A stretch of 63,469 nt of DNA, the filler included, from Sanchytrium tribonematis (Eukaryota): NCBI GenBank assembly GCA_018985235.1. It is 7 parts of 7 records of this genome, joined end to end, with 100 filler letters (N's around TTAATTAATTAA, not from the genome) between each part and the next. Parts side by side here need not be neighbours in the genome. Positions count along the whole stretch, not along the records: positions 45,482 to 54,441 come from JADGIG010000350.1; positions 54,542 to 63,469 come from JADGIG010000351.1; 5 more parts are not named here. The stretch is one strand, 5' to 3'. The notes beneath the pieces were generated by a model, which saw only the letters and a program-made list of their open reading frames with translations, searched no databases and was not told where the DNA came from. A program made the translations under genes and the position numbers. Every line of letters begins with the position of its first letter. Position 1 is the stretch's first letter. Of this stretch, positions 49,160-59,803 are shown piece by piece.

Positions 49160-49600
49160 ATGCTTCCCTTTCAGTTCAACTCAAATACTACTAATTTGAA
49201 TAATAACATCTCATTCCCTCCCATTACGATTCCCACATTCACTCCCCCTTTGATCAACTCAAATGCATTCCCCGCATCTGCACCGACTCCAAATCCATCA
49301 ATTTCTGATCCTGCTGTGTCTGAAAGTGATCAATCGAAACACAAAGCACAAAATAATGATAGTAATACCACTAATACGTCAAATATAGACTCATCCGACA
49401 AAACATCTAATGACAAATTGCAATACGATCTAAATATACTTTATTATGTAGTGGGTGGTATATTAGGACTAGTCATTATCTTACTTATTATTTATATCAT
49501 TAGACGTGCTTATAGAAGCATCATGGCCAAGTCAGAAAAGGATTTGGAGAGAAGCACCTCTAATCAAACATATTTACAACCTAAATTGGGTTATATATAA
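49160..49600 (+). CDS. Mucin-like single-pass membrane protein, paralog-like to 48383
   Basis: DLNILYYVVGG...IIRR...KSEKDLE vs DINIIYFIVLG...YKRR...ESEQLE; true start uncertain. Confidence 0.55.
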   Translation: MLPFQFNSNTTNLNNNISFPPITIPTFTPPLINSNAFPASAPTPNPSISDPAVSESDQSKHKAQNNDSNTTNTSNIDSSDKTSNDKLQYDLNILYYVVGGILGLVIILLIIYIIRRAYRSIMAKSEKDLERSTSNQTYLQPKLGYI

Positions 49601-49784
49601 CAATAAACTATGCAAAATACAAAGAGTGAACTCACTTGACCAAACGCAAATGGCTTTTGATGGTCAAGATTTGTTAAACGCAAGCCACCTCGATGTTTAT
49701 TGGACATTTCAAAGCCATTTTTTCAATTTTAAACCAATAAAATACGCGATATCTAGTTAAAAAGAGACATTTCCCATTTCTTAA

Positions 49785-51377
49785 ATGTTGATACTTGCTC
49801 TCATCTTTGCTGATCCAAATGATTGCTTGGCTTTACAACAATTTGCAATCAATCTCAACATGCCCTCTGTGAATCCAACTGTGATGAATGAAATTAATAC
49901 TCAGTGTTGTGTTGGTGTCGTGACTGGTGTTACTTGCAATTCAAATATCATCTCATCCATTAATTGGTCCAATTTTGGTTTAAATGGGACCATTACGATG
50001 AATTTACCATTTTTACTCAAGGATCTTCGACTAAGTAACAACGCCATCACTGGAACACTACCAAGCACAGGATATCCATCTAGTCTAACTAATCTGTGGT
50101 TAGATTCCAATTCTCTCTCTGGTCAAATTCCAAATTTCCCAAATTCACTTGGATTTCTCTCTTTAAATGCAAATTTGTTCAACAAACTACCTCAACAATG
50201 GCCCACTAGTCTGACATCTTTGTACTTGCATAACAACAAATTAAAAGAAGCATTCCCATCCAACTTGCCATCAATCTTGGAACAATTTGGCGCAGAAGGA
50301 AATCAATTGAATGGATCCATCACTTTCCCATCGAATATTATATACATGTACGTTGGAAATAATCAATTGACAGGTTTAATCCCCGTGATTCCAAATAATA
50401 TGATCAATTTTGATTTATTTTACAATTTATTTACTGGTTTCACAGCACCATTCCCAAATACGTTGAAAAGAATTAGCGCCGAATCCAATCAGCTCACTGG
50501 TGACATGCCATCCATTCCAGACAGTTTAACCGACTTGACTTTGTCACATAATCAATTAACTGGTAGTATTACCATGAAGCAACCCAAAACTCTGCTAATT
50601 GATTTTAATTCGATTCGGGATGTCATTATTTGGGATATTTCAAAGATTTTAAGCTGTGATGTAAGTAATAATCCATTAATGAGTAGCCAGTACATTCAAA
50701 ATATAACCTCAGTTTGTGTACACGATAATTTATATGCGTATGTTGAACCCGTGAGCCCAATTTCCAGTGCAACTACTAGTGCAACTAGTAATGCAGCGAA
50801 ATCATCTCTAGCAGTATTCTCTACAACAATTACAGCTAAGTCGTCTCTAGGAGTATCCTCCACTACATACACAACTATTACAGTAACTACTTTCGCTCAA
50901 AGTCTTTTTGCAACAACTTCTCCTCAAAATTCAAATTTATTGAAAAATGTTCCATTCGTCACATCTATGGAATCTGTAGACACAAATCATACAGCAATTC
51001 AAGTATCCACGATATCCAATGAGAATTACCCCAAGTCATCTACAATCTCAGTAGAAATATCAGAAAATATCCCAATTATTTCCAAAGTCACTATCCCCAC
51101 AAGAGTTTTCAGATTCCTCACAACTTCAATTACTCAAGAAAGTAGCAATATTCAATCCACATCAATATTCATCCTATCAATTTTAAATGCATCCACAGTA
51201 GCACTATACCAATCCAAAATAACACCATTTCAAGTCCATCTAAACACATTCTCATACGTAAGACTGTTTCTGAATACGATATTAGCATCTGTCATGTTTA
51301 CCAAAACTCCATGGAAGTCTTTGTTTGCAAATTCAAAGAAATCACCTCCAATATTGTCCATGACGACAAGTAAATAA
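49785..51377 (+). CDS. Surface LRR receptor-like protein
   Basis: Signal, DCLALQQFA..CC cap, LRRs, CDVSNNPL cap, S/T stalk, TM, KTPW tail. Confidence 0.85.
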   Translation: MLILALIFADPNDCLALQQFAINLNMPSVNPTVMNEINTQCCVGVVTGVTCNSNIISSINWSNFGLNGTITMNLPFLLKDLRLSNNAITGTLPSTGYPSSLTNLWLDSNSLSGQIPNFPNSLGFLSLNANLFNKLPQQWPTSLTSLYLHNNKLKEAFPSNLPSILEQFGAEGNQLNGSITFPSNIIYMYVGNNQLTGLIPVIPNNMINFDLFYNLFTGFTAPFPNTLKRISAESNQLTGDMPSIPDSLTDLTLSHNQLTGSITMKQPKTLLIDFNSIRDVIIWDISKILSCDVSNNPLMSSQYIQNITSVCVHDNLYAYVEPVSPISSATTSATSNAAKSSLAVFSTTITAKSSLGVSSTTYTTITVTTFAQSLFATTSPQNSNLLKNVPFVTSMESVDTNHTAIQVSTISNENYPKSSTISVEISENIPIISKVTIPTRVFRFLTTSITQESSNIQSTSIFILSILNASTVALYQSKITPFQVHLNTFSYVRLFLNTILASVMFTKTPWKSLFANSKKSPPILSMTTSK

Positions 51378-51504
51378 AATTTTGATTGAAATTCATGTCT
51401 TTCAAGCCACTCTGCTTTTATTGGGTGAATTTAGCCATTTTTTAATTTTGGCCATTCAAGAGAGCGACTTCAATTTTTAAAAACAGAGACCGCCCATCGC
51501 TTCA

Positions 51505-52881
51505 ATGTTATTATTTCATTCAATTTTTGCAATCAATGCAGATTGTCTTGCTTTGCAGCAATTTGCCATCAATCTCAACATGCCATCAGTGAATCCATCT
51601 GTGATGAATGAAATTAATAACCAGTGCTGTACTGGCACAATGACTGGAGTCGTATGCATAAGTGGCGTAATTTCCGTAATTAATTGGTGTAGTTTTGGTT
51701 TAAATGGGACAATAACACCAAATTTACCCAATTCTCTCCAAGAACTTTATCTAGGAAATAACGCAATTACTGGGCAATTACCTGCAACTGGGTATCCCTC
51801 TACACTTTCTATTGTTGTGTTAGACTATAATACAATCACCGGTCCTATTCCAATTTTACCCAATGCTGTTCAGAATCTGGTTTTGAATTTCAATTTGTTT
51901 AACAAGTTACCTCTCCAATGGTCAACTAGTTTATCAGTCTTGAAATTGTCTAGCAACAAATTCCAAGAGCCCTTCCCGTCTAATTTCCCATCTAGTTTAA
52001 ATACCCTGGAATTGGAGGGTAACTTTTTTAATAGCTCGATTGTATTTCCTCCAAACATCCAATACATGTCCGTTGGAAATAATTCTTTGACAGGCATCAT
52101 CCCAAGAATGCCCAATGGTTTAATTACCTTTGATTGTTTTTACAATTTCTTGACTGGTTTCACATTGCCATTTCCAAATTCATTGATGCGCATCAATGCA
52201 GACGCAAATCAACTAATTGGAGATGTTCCCTTATTTCCAGATGGTCTGCAAGATTTAAAATTAAGTAACAATCGTTTAACAGGTACTGTAAGATTGGCAA
52301 AACCAGTTAGTTTTCAAATTAATGGAAATTTTATTACAGATGTGGTTGTGTTGGATAAATCTAAAATTACTAGCTGTGATTTGAGCAACAATCCACTATT
52401 AAACAATACAAACATTCAAAATATCACATCTATATGCACGCACAACAATTTATTTGCACATTTCGCACTTGAAACTGTCTCTCTGACAACAAGTTTGAAT
52501 TCTGAATTGACGAATATGTTGGACAAGCGCAGCTCGAGTGTATCAACCAACTCAGAAATGGTCACATCAATCCAATCGGCTTTTGAACCTCAAATTACTT
52601 CCATCTTCATTCCTACTAGAGTCTTTAGATTTACAACATTGGGGACAACTACCTCCATAGCTACTATTTCACAATCCCCTATTAAATCGACTACTTCCAA
52701 AATAACATCAACTACTATGGTGCCATACAAATACCACGATAAACCATTTCAAATCAACTTAAATGTCTTTTCGTATGTTAAATTCGCATTGGATTTGTTA
52801 CTAATTGGTTTGATAATCGCCAAAACACCATGGAAATCCCTTTTCAAGGTTCCAAGACGGGTACATGTAATGACGCAATGA
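51505..52881 (+). CDS. Surface LRR receptor-like protein (tandem paralog)
   Basis: Same architecture; nearly identical N-cap to 49785; KTPWKSLF tail. Confidence 0.85.
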   Translation: MLLFHSIFAINADCLALQQFAINLNMPSVNPSVMNEINNQCCTGTMTGVVCISGVISVINWCSFGLNGTITPNLPNSLQELYLGNNAITGQLPATGYPSTLSIVVLDYNTITGPIPILPNAVQNLVLNFNLFNKLPLQWSTSLSVLKLSSNKFQEPFPSNFPSSLNTLELEGNFFNSSIVFPPNIQYMSVGNNSLTGIIPRMPNGLITFDCFYNFLTGFTLPFPNSLMRINADANQLIGDVPLFPDGLQDLKLSNNRLTGTVRLAKPVSFQINGNFITDVVVLDKSKITSCDLSNNPLLNNTNIQNITSICTHNNLFAHFALETVSLTTSLNSELTNMLDKRSSSVSTNSEMVTSIQSAFEPQITSIFIPTRVFRFTTLGTTTSIATISQSPIKSTTSKITSTTMVPYKYHDKPFQINLNVFSYVKFALDLLLIGLIIAKTPWKSLFKVPRRVHVMTQ

Positions 52882-53025
52882 GTTCTTTGTTATTTACAAT
52901 TTGGCGAATCGATGTTGACAGAAAATGATTGGTAAAATAAAAAGCCATTTTAGATGTTTCTAATTTTTCTCCAATCAAACTGGTGCGATCGACCCATAAA
53001 GAATTCAAATGACTCTAACAAATAA

Positions 53026-54441
53026 ATGTTATGGTCCCTAGTCTCTGCGCTAACAGACTGTCAGAACCTCAAGCAATTTGCAACCAATTTGAACATGAAT
53101 ACTGCAAATCAGACTATTATGAATCAAATCAATTCTGTTTGTTGTACGGGTGTCATTTATGGAGTGACATGTAATAATGGTAAAATTACAGTGATTAATT
53201 GGCCATCTGCTGGATTAAGTGGCAGATTTCAACCATATTTGCCAGTTTCTTTAGAAGAATTGTATTTGACAGATAATTCCATTTCTGGCTCATTGCCGAC
53301 CACCGGATACCCATCTACATTAAGAATACTCAATTTGAATATCAATGCGTTCACTGGTACGGTCCCACTACTCCCAAATTCAGTACAAGTCCTCGATTTA
53401 GGTAATAATTATTTCAACAAACTTGCCACTCAATTTCCAGCCAGTTTAATGGAATTGAGTCTCCTCAACAATGCATTTAGTGAACCATTACCCACCAATT
53501 GGCCAGTCAATCTCACATCTTACATGTTTGGTTACAATTCTTTCACAGGTCCCATCACTTATCCCCCTAAAGCCCAATTTGTAGGAATAGGACACAATTT
53601 ATTAAGTGGTACAGCCCCAGTTCTCCCAAATACAGCCACTCAATTCTATATTATGAATAATGCCATGACCAGTTTCGCACAACCCTTTCCAAGCACTTTA
53701 ATTGAATTAAAAGGAGGTTATAACGCATTTGCAGGTACCATCACACTCCCACCCAATTTACAGCTAGTCTTTTTACCATCCAACAAATTCACATCTCTCC
53801 CCTCTTTCCCATCCAGTTTATTACAAATCAATTTTGCCAATAATTTATTAAAAAATGGTCTCCCATCTCTCCCTCCCATGTTAAGTATGGGTATTTTCAG
53901 TAATAATCAATTAAATGGCAATTTACCACCCCTTCCAGATAGTTTAAATGATTTTGAAATTGCAAATAATCAATTTTCAGGGGTGTTACAAGTCAAACAA
54001 CCCGGTTCTTTACTCGTAAATAACAATCAATTTACAGATGTATTCATTTTAAATACATATTATTTGACTGTTTGTGATATGAGTAATAATCCATTGGCCA
54101 ATAATGCCAATAATGCAAATATGCTTTATGCGTGCAGCCATCCAAATACGAATATCTTGCCATTGGCTAGTAGTACAATCTATGCAAGTAATGCACCAAC
54201 TAGTGCACCAACTACTGCATCAGCTAGTTTGACAAGTAGTTTGACAAGTAGTTTAACAATTGGAAATGCTTTAACAAGTGCAGCAACTTCAAATATCTGG
54301 ATAACATCTTTAACAAGTTTGAAAATATCTACAAATGCGCCTATTACCACATTTACAGCTACTATAAATTCAATCACATCCCTAAAATCATCAGCAATTG
54401 CTTTCCAGGCAAATACATCTGTAATAATACCAAATACATTT
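53026..54441 (+). CDS. Surface LRR receptor-like protein (tandem paralog, 3'-partial)
   Basis: TDCQNLKQFA cap, LRRs, CDMSNNPL, S/T stalk running into the contig end. Confidence 0.85.
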
Positions 54442-54541
54442 NNNNNNNNNNNNNNNNNNNNNNNNNNNNNNNNNNNNNNNNNNNNTTAATTAATTAANNN
54501 NNNNNNNNNNNNNNNNNNNNNNNNNNNNNNNNNNNNNNNNN

Positions 54542-54781
54542 TTTATTTCCGCATTAGCACCAAATACATTTGAAAATATCATTTGTGGACCCAATGCAGG
54601 TAGGGATCACAGATATCCCAGTAATGCCTTGTTTGTGTGTGCAAGAGGACAATGTTGTGGGTATAACAAACGATGTGGAGTATCTGATCAATCTAAAACA
54701 GATAAGAATTCATTTTGCAATGTGACTGGTAAATACAAGTGCCATGTGGGATGGTCTGGTGCGATGTCTGCTTGCGCTTAA
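54542..54781 (+). CDS. Hevein/CBM18-like chitin-binding peptide (5'-partial, absent from the ORF track)
   Basis: Translates as ...ICGPNAG...VCARGQCCGYNKRCG...FC...KC...C*. Confidence 0.6.
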   Translation, partial: FISALAPNTFENIICGPNAGRDHRYPSNALFVCARGQCCGYNKRCGVSDQSKTDKNSFCNVTGKYKCHVGWSGAMSACA

Positions 54782-55107
54782 TAAATAATTATTTGCATGT
54801 TGATTTCTCTGCACGGAAATCTGTTTTTGCGATCAAGACCCCTGAAAAACCAGGACATCCCAATAAACCAAAGAAATGGCACCAACATCCATTGCAACAG
54901 TACGTTAGTACTCATGGCTTTTGTGGTGTCAATCATGGAAGAGATAAACTCTACAAAGATGCAACCGTATTGGTCTCTATGGAACTTGCGGCAAAGATAA
55001 AGCACATTGTCAATCTCTTGGTCCAAAAAAATGCAAGCCATATTTCAGATGAAGATTCTACATGCTATAAAACAGCCCATCAAAATGACCAATAAATTTG
55101 ATTTTAT

Positions 55108-56130
55108 TTATTTTGTTTCAAATCGTGGAATATCATTCACTTTACCACAATAAACAACTGCATGGTGGTGTAAATGCTTCAATACATGTTGACTAGCACG
55201 TTTTGCATCTCCATTCTCTTGTGCAATATTCAATAATTTGAATAATTGGGTGTTTAATTGAGAATTTAATGTTTTTGGGATTGGATTGGGTAGATTAGTG
55301 GATACTTGCTGTAATGCATTCAAGATACCCGTATAAGCACTCTTAAAATCATTAGAATGGATGGTGAATTGTAATAAAGATGGCGCATTTTCATGTAAAT
55401 GCAATTGAGTGGCAATTTTGGCATTTTTAATTTGACCCAAAAGAGACGTAGATTGACCATATTGGACAAGTGGGGTAGATGAGCCTAATACTCGTTTTAA
55501 TTCAATGGCATCTGGTGCATTTGGGATTGGAAATGCAATTGTGACTGAATTTGGACATTGAAATGGAATATTCGTAGATCCACCTACAAATTGATGTTTG
55601 ACATGTTTAATGGGTGATTGATCCATTTTTAATGATTCAGTAGATACAGTATCCTCAGAAACACTCAACAAGACACCAGATAGTAAAGATTGACTGATTT
55701 CTTGCATTTGTTGCAAATTGGGCATATTCACAAATAAATGGTCATTTCCCAATGATTGTTGATGAAATGCCAATTGATGAATGGCGCTATTGATTACGGA
55801 TGCTGGATCACTCTTTAAATAGTTCAAATGTTGCAAATATCGACTAGAAATCTCTTTTAATTTATAATCAGAAACTTCAATTTTATGAATTTGACTGAAT
55901 ATTTCTAATGCTTTTGGGATACTAGATGATAAACAAGTCGCATTCACCGATAAATAATCATATGCCGTCGTAGTAGAGAGTGAAATGCCATTTAATTCTG
56001 CTTCTCTGGCTGTTTTCAAGCTAGAATAATGGGAATTACCAGAATAGACAAATTCGCTTAATAATGGAGCATATGGAGTTGATCGGATACCGGCTTTTTT
56101 GAATACGAATTTGAGAGCGGACAGAGACAT
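55108..56130 (-). CDS. QCR2: Cytochrome bc1 core protein 2 / inactive M16 peptidase-like
   Basis: SSLKTAREAELNGISLSTT..YDYL..NATCL, HQLAFHQQSLGN, FVGGS. Confidence 0.6.
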   Translation of the reverse strand: MSLSALKFVFKKAGIRSTPYAPLLSEFVYSGNSHYSSLKTAREAELNGISLSTTTAYDYLSVNATCLSSSIPKALEIFSQIHKIEVSDYKLKEISSRYLQHLNYLKSDPASVINSAIHQLAFHQQSLGNDHLFVNMPNLQQMQEISQSLLSGVLLSVSEDTVSTESLKMDQSPIKHVKHQFVGGSTNIPFQCPNSVTIAFPIPNAPDAIELKRVLGSSTPLVQYGQSTSLLGQIKNAKIATQLHLHENAPSLLQFTIHSNDFKSAYTGILNALQQVSTNLPNPIPKTLNSQLNTQLFKLLNIAQENGDAKRASQHVLKHLHHHAVVYCGKVNDIPRFETK

Positions 56131-56181
56131 TTCACGGAGATTGTTGCAAAAAATATTTGAAAATTTGAAAATATATTTCAT

Positions 56182-57729
56182 TTATTCCACCAATTCACTC
56201 AATAATTGCAATGCTGAATCTGTGTTATATTCTGTACTTCTACATCCTGGACAACATTTATTCCTTAACTTCCCCATGGATTCCTTACAATATGGTCCAT
56301 GATTACATGAAGTCAATTTTACATTCTCACAATTTTCATAACATATCTTGCATTTCAATAAAGTCTCTTCAAATTCAGAATGGCCCATTTCAATTTGAAA
56401 CATGCTCTTGATTTTAAATGCCAGCGTATCTAATTCTATATTTACAGCATATTGATATGCCTGCTGCATACTACAATCATTTACATTATAACATCCATGA
56501 TTATTAATAATAAATTCAATAATTCCCAAATGTGCTAATTTTAATAAATCTTTAAAAATTGGATTTTGATTCATTTTTATGATATAAATACAATATAATT
56601 TGAATTTATCTTCTTGATTGGGATTAGAATTGATATTTCTAATATATTCTGACTTTAATAGATCTATAGTTTGATAAAATTGGAGTTGAAATCCGAATGA
56701 TAAAACATGTTTCAACTCCAATGGATGATGCTTCAATTTAACAATCATTTTACCCAATGTTGCATCTATTAATTGACACGATTGAATAGCACATAATATA
56801 GCAAATAATTCATATTCTTCTAAATCCACATGATCCAATAAATATCTATAAAATACTACAGGCCAATTTGAAAATTTGATTAATTTCTTTGTCAATTTCT
56901 CCATTTTATCAAAATCAAATTTGTCATTTAAACCATATTGAATCACATTTTTAATATCAAATTTATCAAAATATATATTTACAAGTTCTGTTGGTAGCCA
57001 GTCTCTTACTGTGTCATTTAATGGATGAAATCTATGATAATCTGCAAATATATCCTTAAATGTATCAGGAAGTTTGTCAATATGCTGACTAGCTAAACCA
57101 AAATGCCCATAATCTGTTAATAGATTCTCAATTGCCTCTATTTGTGCTTGTTTATTTATTGGTCTATTCATGAAAAACATCATTGCAAAATCTTTTAATA
57201 ATTGTGGTGTTTCTTTAAATCTGTCACTTGAAAATACTGCATCAAATAATTCTATCATCAATTTGTAGTATACCCAATTTTGAGTCAATCTATTATCATA
57301 TTGCTGTAATAATAATATAGCTCTAAATGGGACATCGTGAATGTCCCAATAAACATCACTAGATTCATCTAAATTATCTGATACACTCTCCAATTTATGT
57401 TTTAAATGCTCTGCAGCATAGTATAATACATTTACAATACATCCAGGTTCTAAATTGACCAGATCTAAGAGAGAAAATCGAAATACTTTAAAGATTGTTT
57501 CATACATATTTTGAATACTACCATGTTTTTCATTTAATGTGCTTAAATCAGTATATTCTGTATAGTAATGAAGTAAATTGTTGGTATTAATTCTTGGGTT
57601 TAATGTATTTTCTCTATAATACAATGATCTTTTACGCAGATTTGTTGAATTTTGTACATGATTTACTGCTATTTTTATTGCATTTTGAGTCGGTTTACTT
57701 GCAAATAGAATGAAAATGATCCATAACAT
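56182..57729 (-). CDS. Signal-peptide protein with C-terminal RING finger
   Basis: MLWIIFILFAS, LRKRS; CKICYE...SCNHGPYCKES...CPGCR. Confidence 0.7.
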   Translation of the reverse strand: MLWIIFILFASKPTQNAIKIAVNHVQNSTNLRKRSLYYRENTLNPRINTNNLLHYYTEYTDLSTLNEKHGSIQNMYETIFKVFRFSLLDLVNLEPGCIVNVLYYAAEHLKHKLESVSDNLDESSDVYWDIHDVPFRAILLLQQYDNRLTQNWVYYKLMIELFDAVFSSDRFKETPQLLKDFAMMFFMNRPINKQAQIEAIENLLTDYGHFGLASQHIDKLPDTFKDIFADYHRFHPLNDTVRDWLPTELVNIYFDKFDIKNVIQYGLNDKFDFDKMEKLTKKLIKFSNWPVVFYRYLLDHVDLEEYELFAILCAIQSCQLIDATLGKMIVKLKHHPLELKHVLSFGFQLQFYQTIDLLKSEYIRNINSNPNQEDKFKLYCIYIIKMNQNPIFKDLLKLAHLGIIEFIINNHGCYNVNDCSMQQAYQYAVNIELDTLAFKIKSMFQIEMGHSEFEETLLKCKICYENCENVKLTSCNHGPYCKESMGKLRNKCCPGCRSTEYNTDSALQLLSELVE

Positions 57730-57813
57730 GGGGAAGGTAGTCTTTTTGTATTTTAATACAAAGCGGGGAACACGTGATTGTACAAATTGTCACATCACAT
57801 GAATTTATGATAA

Positions 57814-58572
57814 CTAATTTAATTTTTTCACTCTAAATTCAATAGATCGTCTTCTATATTTACAGCAATTCTGCTTATAAATAGAAGCATGATACAAATA
57901 CGATGACACAAATACAATGGCATTTCCTTTTTCCATCTGATTAAATTCAAATACATCTAATCCATTTGCAACTGGCCTCATGATATTCACATTAGTAGTC
58001 CGTAAATGAGTAAATTGATAACAAGGAGACATGAAATTTAAATTATGATTCTTTATAGTGGATCCCAAATTAATCCACAAATTAAATGTTTCTGGCTGAT
58101 TGAATGCACGATTATTCTTTTCATTAAATTTTGAATCAATACTCAGTCTTATTCCTTTAAATTTTGTAGTAATCTGATCTCTATGAAATATCTGAATGGT
58201 TTCTCTCAAAATACCTTGGTTGACATCTCTAAATTGCAAATCAACACATAAAACTGTCCATTTAAATTCACTTTTAAAGAATTCTTCTACTAATTCACAA
58301 TATTTTGATACAATCAACTCTGGCAGTTGTTGTGGTTTTACTTTATATAATTCATTGATTTGTGCTTTGGTGAATACTTGTTTCATTGTTTGTATGCCAT
58401 GTGTTTCTAATTCAAATGGATTGTCTTTTAAATTACAACTATGTTGTTTAAGGATATATCTCGGTTGAAATGTCCTCATATTCACAGTATAATTTAAATG
58501 GTCTTTCATTTCACAATTCATTTCTTGTAAATTAAACAATTCATATGCCGTAATGAGATATGTCAAAATCAT
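57814..58572 (-). CDS. AsaB/CmcJ/NvfI-like Fe(II)/2OG oxidoreductase-fold protein with hydrophobic N-terminus
   Basis: HRD, FNLWINL, YHAS and RRSIEFR motifs. Confidence 0.55.
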   Translation of the reverse strand: MILTYLITAYELFNLQEMNCEMKDHLNYTVNMRTFQPRYILKQHSCNLKDNPFELETHGIQTMKQVFTKAQINELYKVKPQQLPELIVSKYCELVEEFFKSEFKWTVLCVDLQFRDVNQGILRETIQIFHRDQITTKFKGIRLSIDSKFNEKNNRAFNQPETFNLWINLGSTIKNHNLNFMSPCYQFTHLRTTNVNIMRPVANGLDVFEFNQMEKGNAIVFVSSYLYHASIYKQNCCKYRRRSIEFRVKKLN

Positions 58573-58619
58573 GATTTGGAATGGGATGTATGTCGACAGA
58601 ATGTCATTTGTTTATGTAC

Positions 58620-58795
58620 CACATTTGTGTCATTGTGTATGACCTACAAACCAATCAAGTGTTTGTGTAAAAATGCAAATCACCCATTTATTGTTGCTAG
58701 TGGGATTGGAAAGCATCTTGCTGAAAAGTTATCTAATTATTTATTTAGCATATTCACATTTGTGTCATGGTGTATAAACTACAAACCAATCAAGT
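58620..58795. repeat. Dispersed direct repeat, ~41 bp, 2 copies
   Basis: CACATTTGTGTCAT(T/G)GTGTAT...CTACAAACCAATCAAGT at 58620 and 58755. Confidence 0.8.
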
Positions 58796-58804
58796 TTGCT
58801 CAAA

Positions 58805-59395
58805 TCATCCATTTATTGTTGATCGTTTTTGACATTCAAATGTACTCATGAGTTGCAAAATATCTTGATGAAAATCTCTCTCAAAATAATGCCCATCATA
58901 ATGGCGAAAATCTTTCTCATGATTACCCAGATGTAATACCCTATTCGAAATAGTTTTTAACTCACCCCAATGAAATTTGGCTGCACCCAACAACGCACTT
59001 ACAGTGTCTGAATTCTTTTTAAATTTACGTATTTTCTGAGTCAATTTATCTGATAGATTGTCACTGGTGATTGTGAATACTTCGTTGTCATATTCAATTT
59101 TAATTTTCAAATTGTCATTGATTTCAAGAGTCAACCAATTGCCACAAATAGGTGATCTCATAAAGCCTGTCAAATGAGATTGCAATTCTGAGTTAAGTCC
59201 AACCACGTTGTTTAAGAACTGATTACTTGAGTCGACGTTCATTGGAATTGCAAAGAAATGTAGCAGCAGCAACATATGGTTTGACCCTTCTCCGTCTTTG
59301 TACAGCAATACAAAATATTTTCTATTATTTTTTGTAACAAATTCTTTATTTAAAAATGGAAATCCTTGCTGGATTTGGGAAGACCATGTTGGCAA
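58805..59395 (-). CDS. Hypothetical protein
   Basis: 196-codon ORF; possible start at MLLLLHFFA. Confidence 0.4.
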   Translation of the reverse strand: MPTWSSQIQQGFPFLNKEFVTKNNRKYFVLLYKDGEGSNHMLLLLHFFAIPMNVDSSNQFLNNVVGLNSELQSHLTGFMRSPICGNWLTLEINDNLKIKIEYDNEVFTITSDNLSDKLTQKIRKFKKNSDTVSALLGAAKFHWGELKTISNRVLHLGNHEKDFRHYDGHYFERDFHQDILQLMSTFECQKRSTING

Positions 59396-59697
59396 TTTCG
59401 ACGATGTGTATTTAAATGGCCAATTTGACTATATCCTTTGAGACAATTCATATAATCACATTGATAAATTCGATTCACCTGTCGTGCTAATTTACGATGT
59501 TTTCTAGTTTTGTAAGTTGTCGCATCAAATAATTCAAATCGATTTAAATGATTTATTCGAAATATACAGTCAAAGTGGGCAATATTGGAAATCAGGGCAA
59601 TGGCGCATTTATTAGCCAATTTGACAGTCACATGCTGAAAATGACACAATTTGGAGATTCTGAGACCAAACAATGTCGTCTCCCAACTTGAGAGCAT
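59350..59697 (-). CDS. Con7-like single C2H2 zinc finger protein (start uncertain)
   Basis: RKLARQVNRIYQCDYMNCLKGYSQIGHLNTHRRNCQHGLPKSSKDF. Confidence 0.55.
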   Translation of the reverse strand: MLSSWETTLFGLRISKLCHFQHVTVKLANKCAIALISNIAHFDCIFRINHLNRFELFDATTYKTRKHRKLARQVNRIYQCDYMNCLKGYSQIGHLNTHRRNCQHGLPKSSKDFHF

Positions 59698-59803
59698 CAG
59701 ATAATTGAGTGTATTTAGAATAAATGGGAATTTGAAATCAAGTAGACTTTATAGTAGAATCATTAGACACATCAGATGGAATGATTGGAGATTGGATTTG
59801 AAA

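Noticed and set aside
49031..49160. Upstream signal-peptide exon (MSIVFLLLSVSQ) for ORF 49160
   Set aside because: It is in frame but separated by TAG and TGA, and the GT-AG pairs I tried do not restore the frame; unresolved.
9027..54541. Palindromic TTAATTAATTAA recurring every ~9 kb
   Set aside because: Always flanked by N runs totalling 100 nt, and contig lengths decrease monotonically (8996, 8994, 8989, 8976, 8960). It is a concatenation linker, so gene neighbourhoods across it are meaningless.
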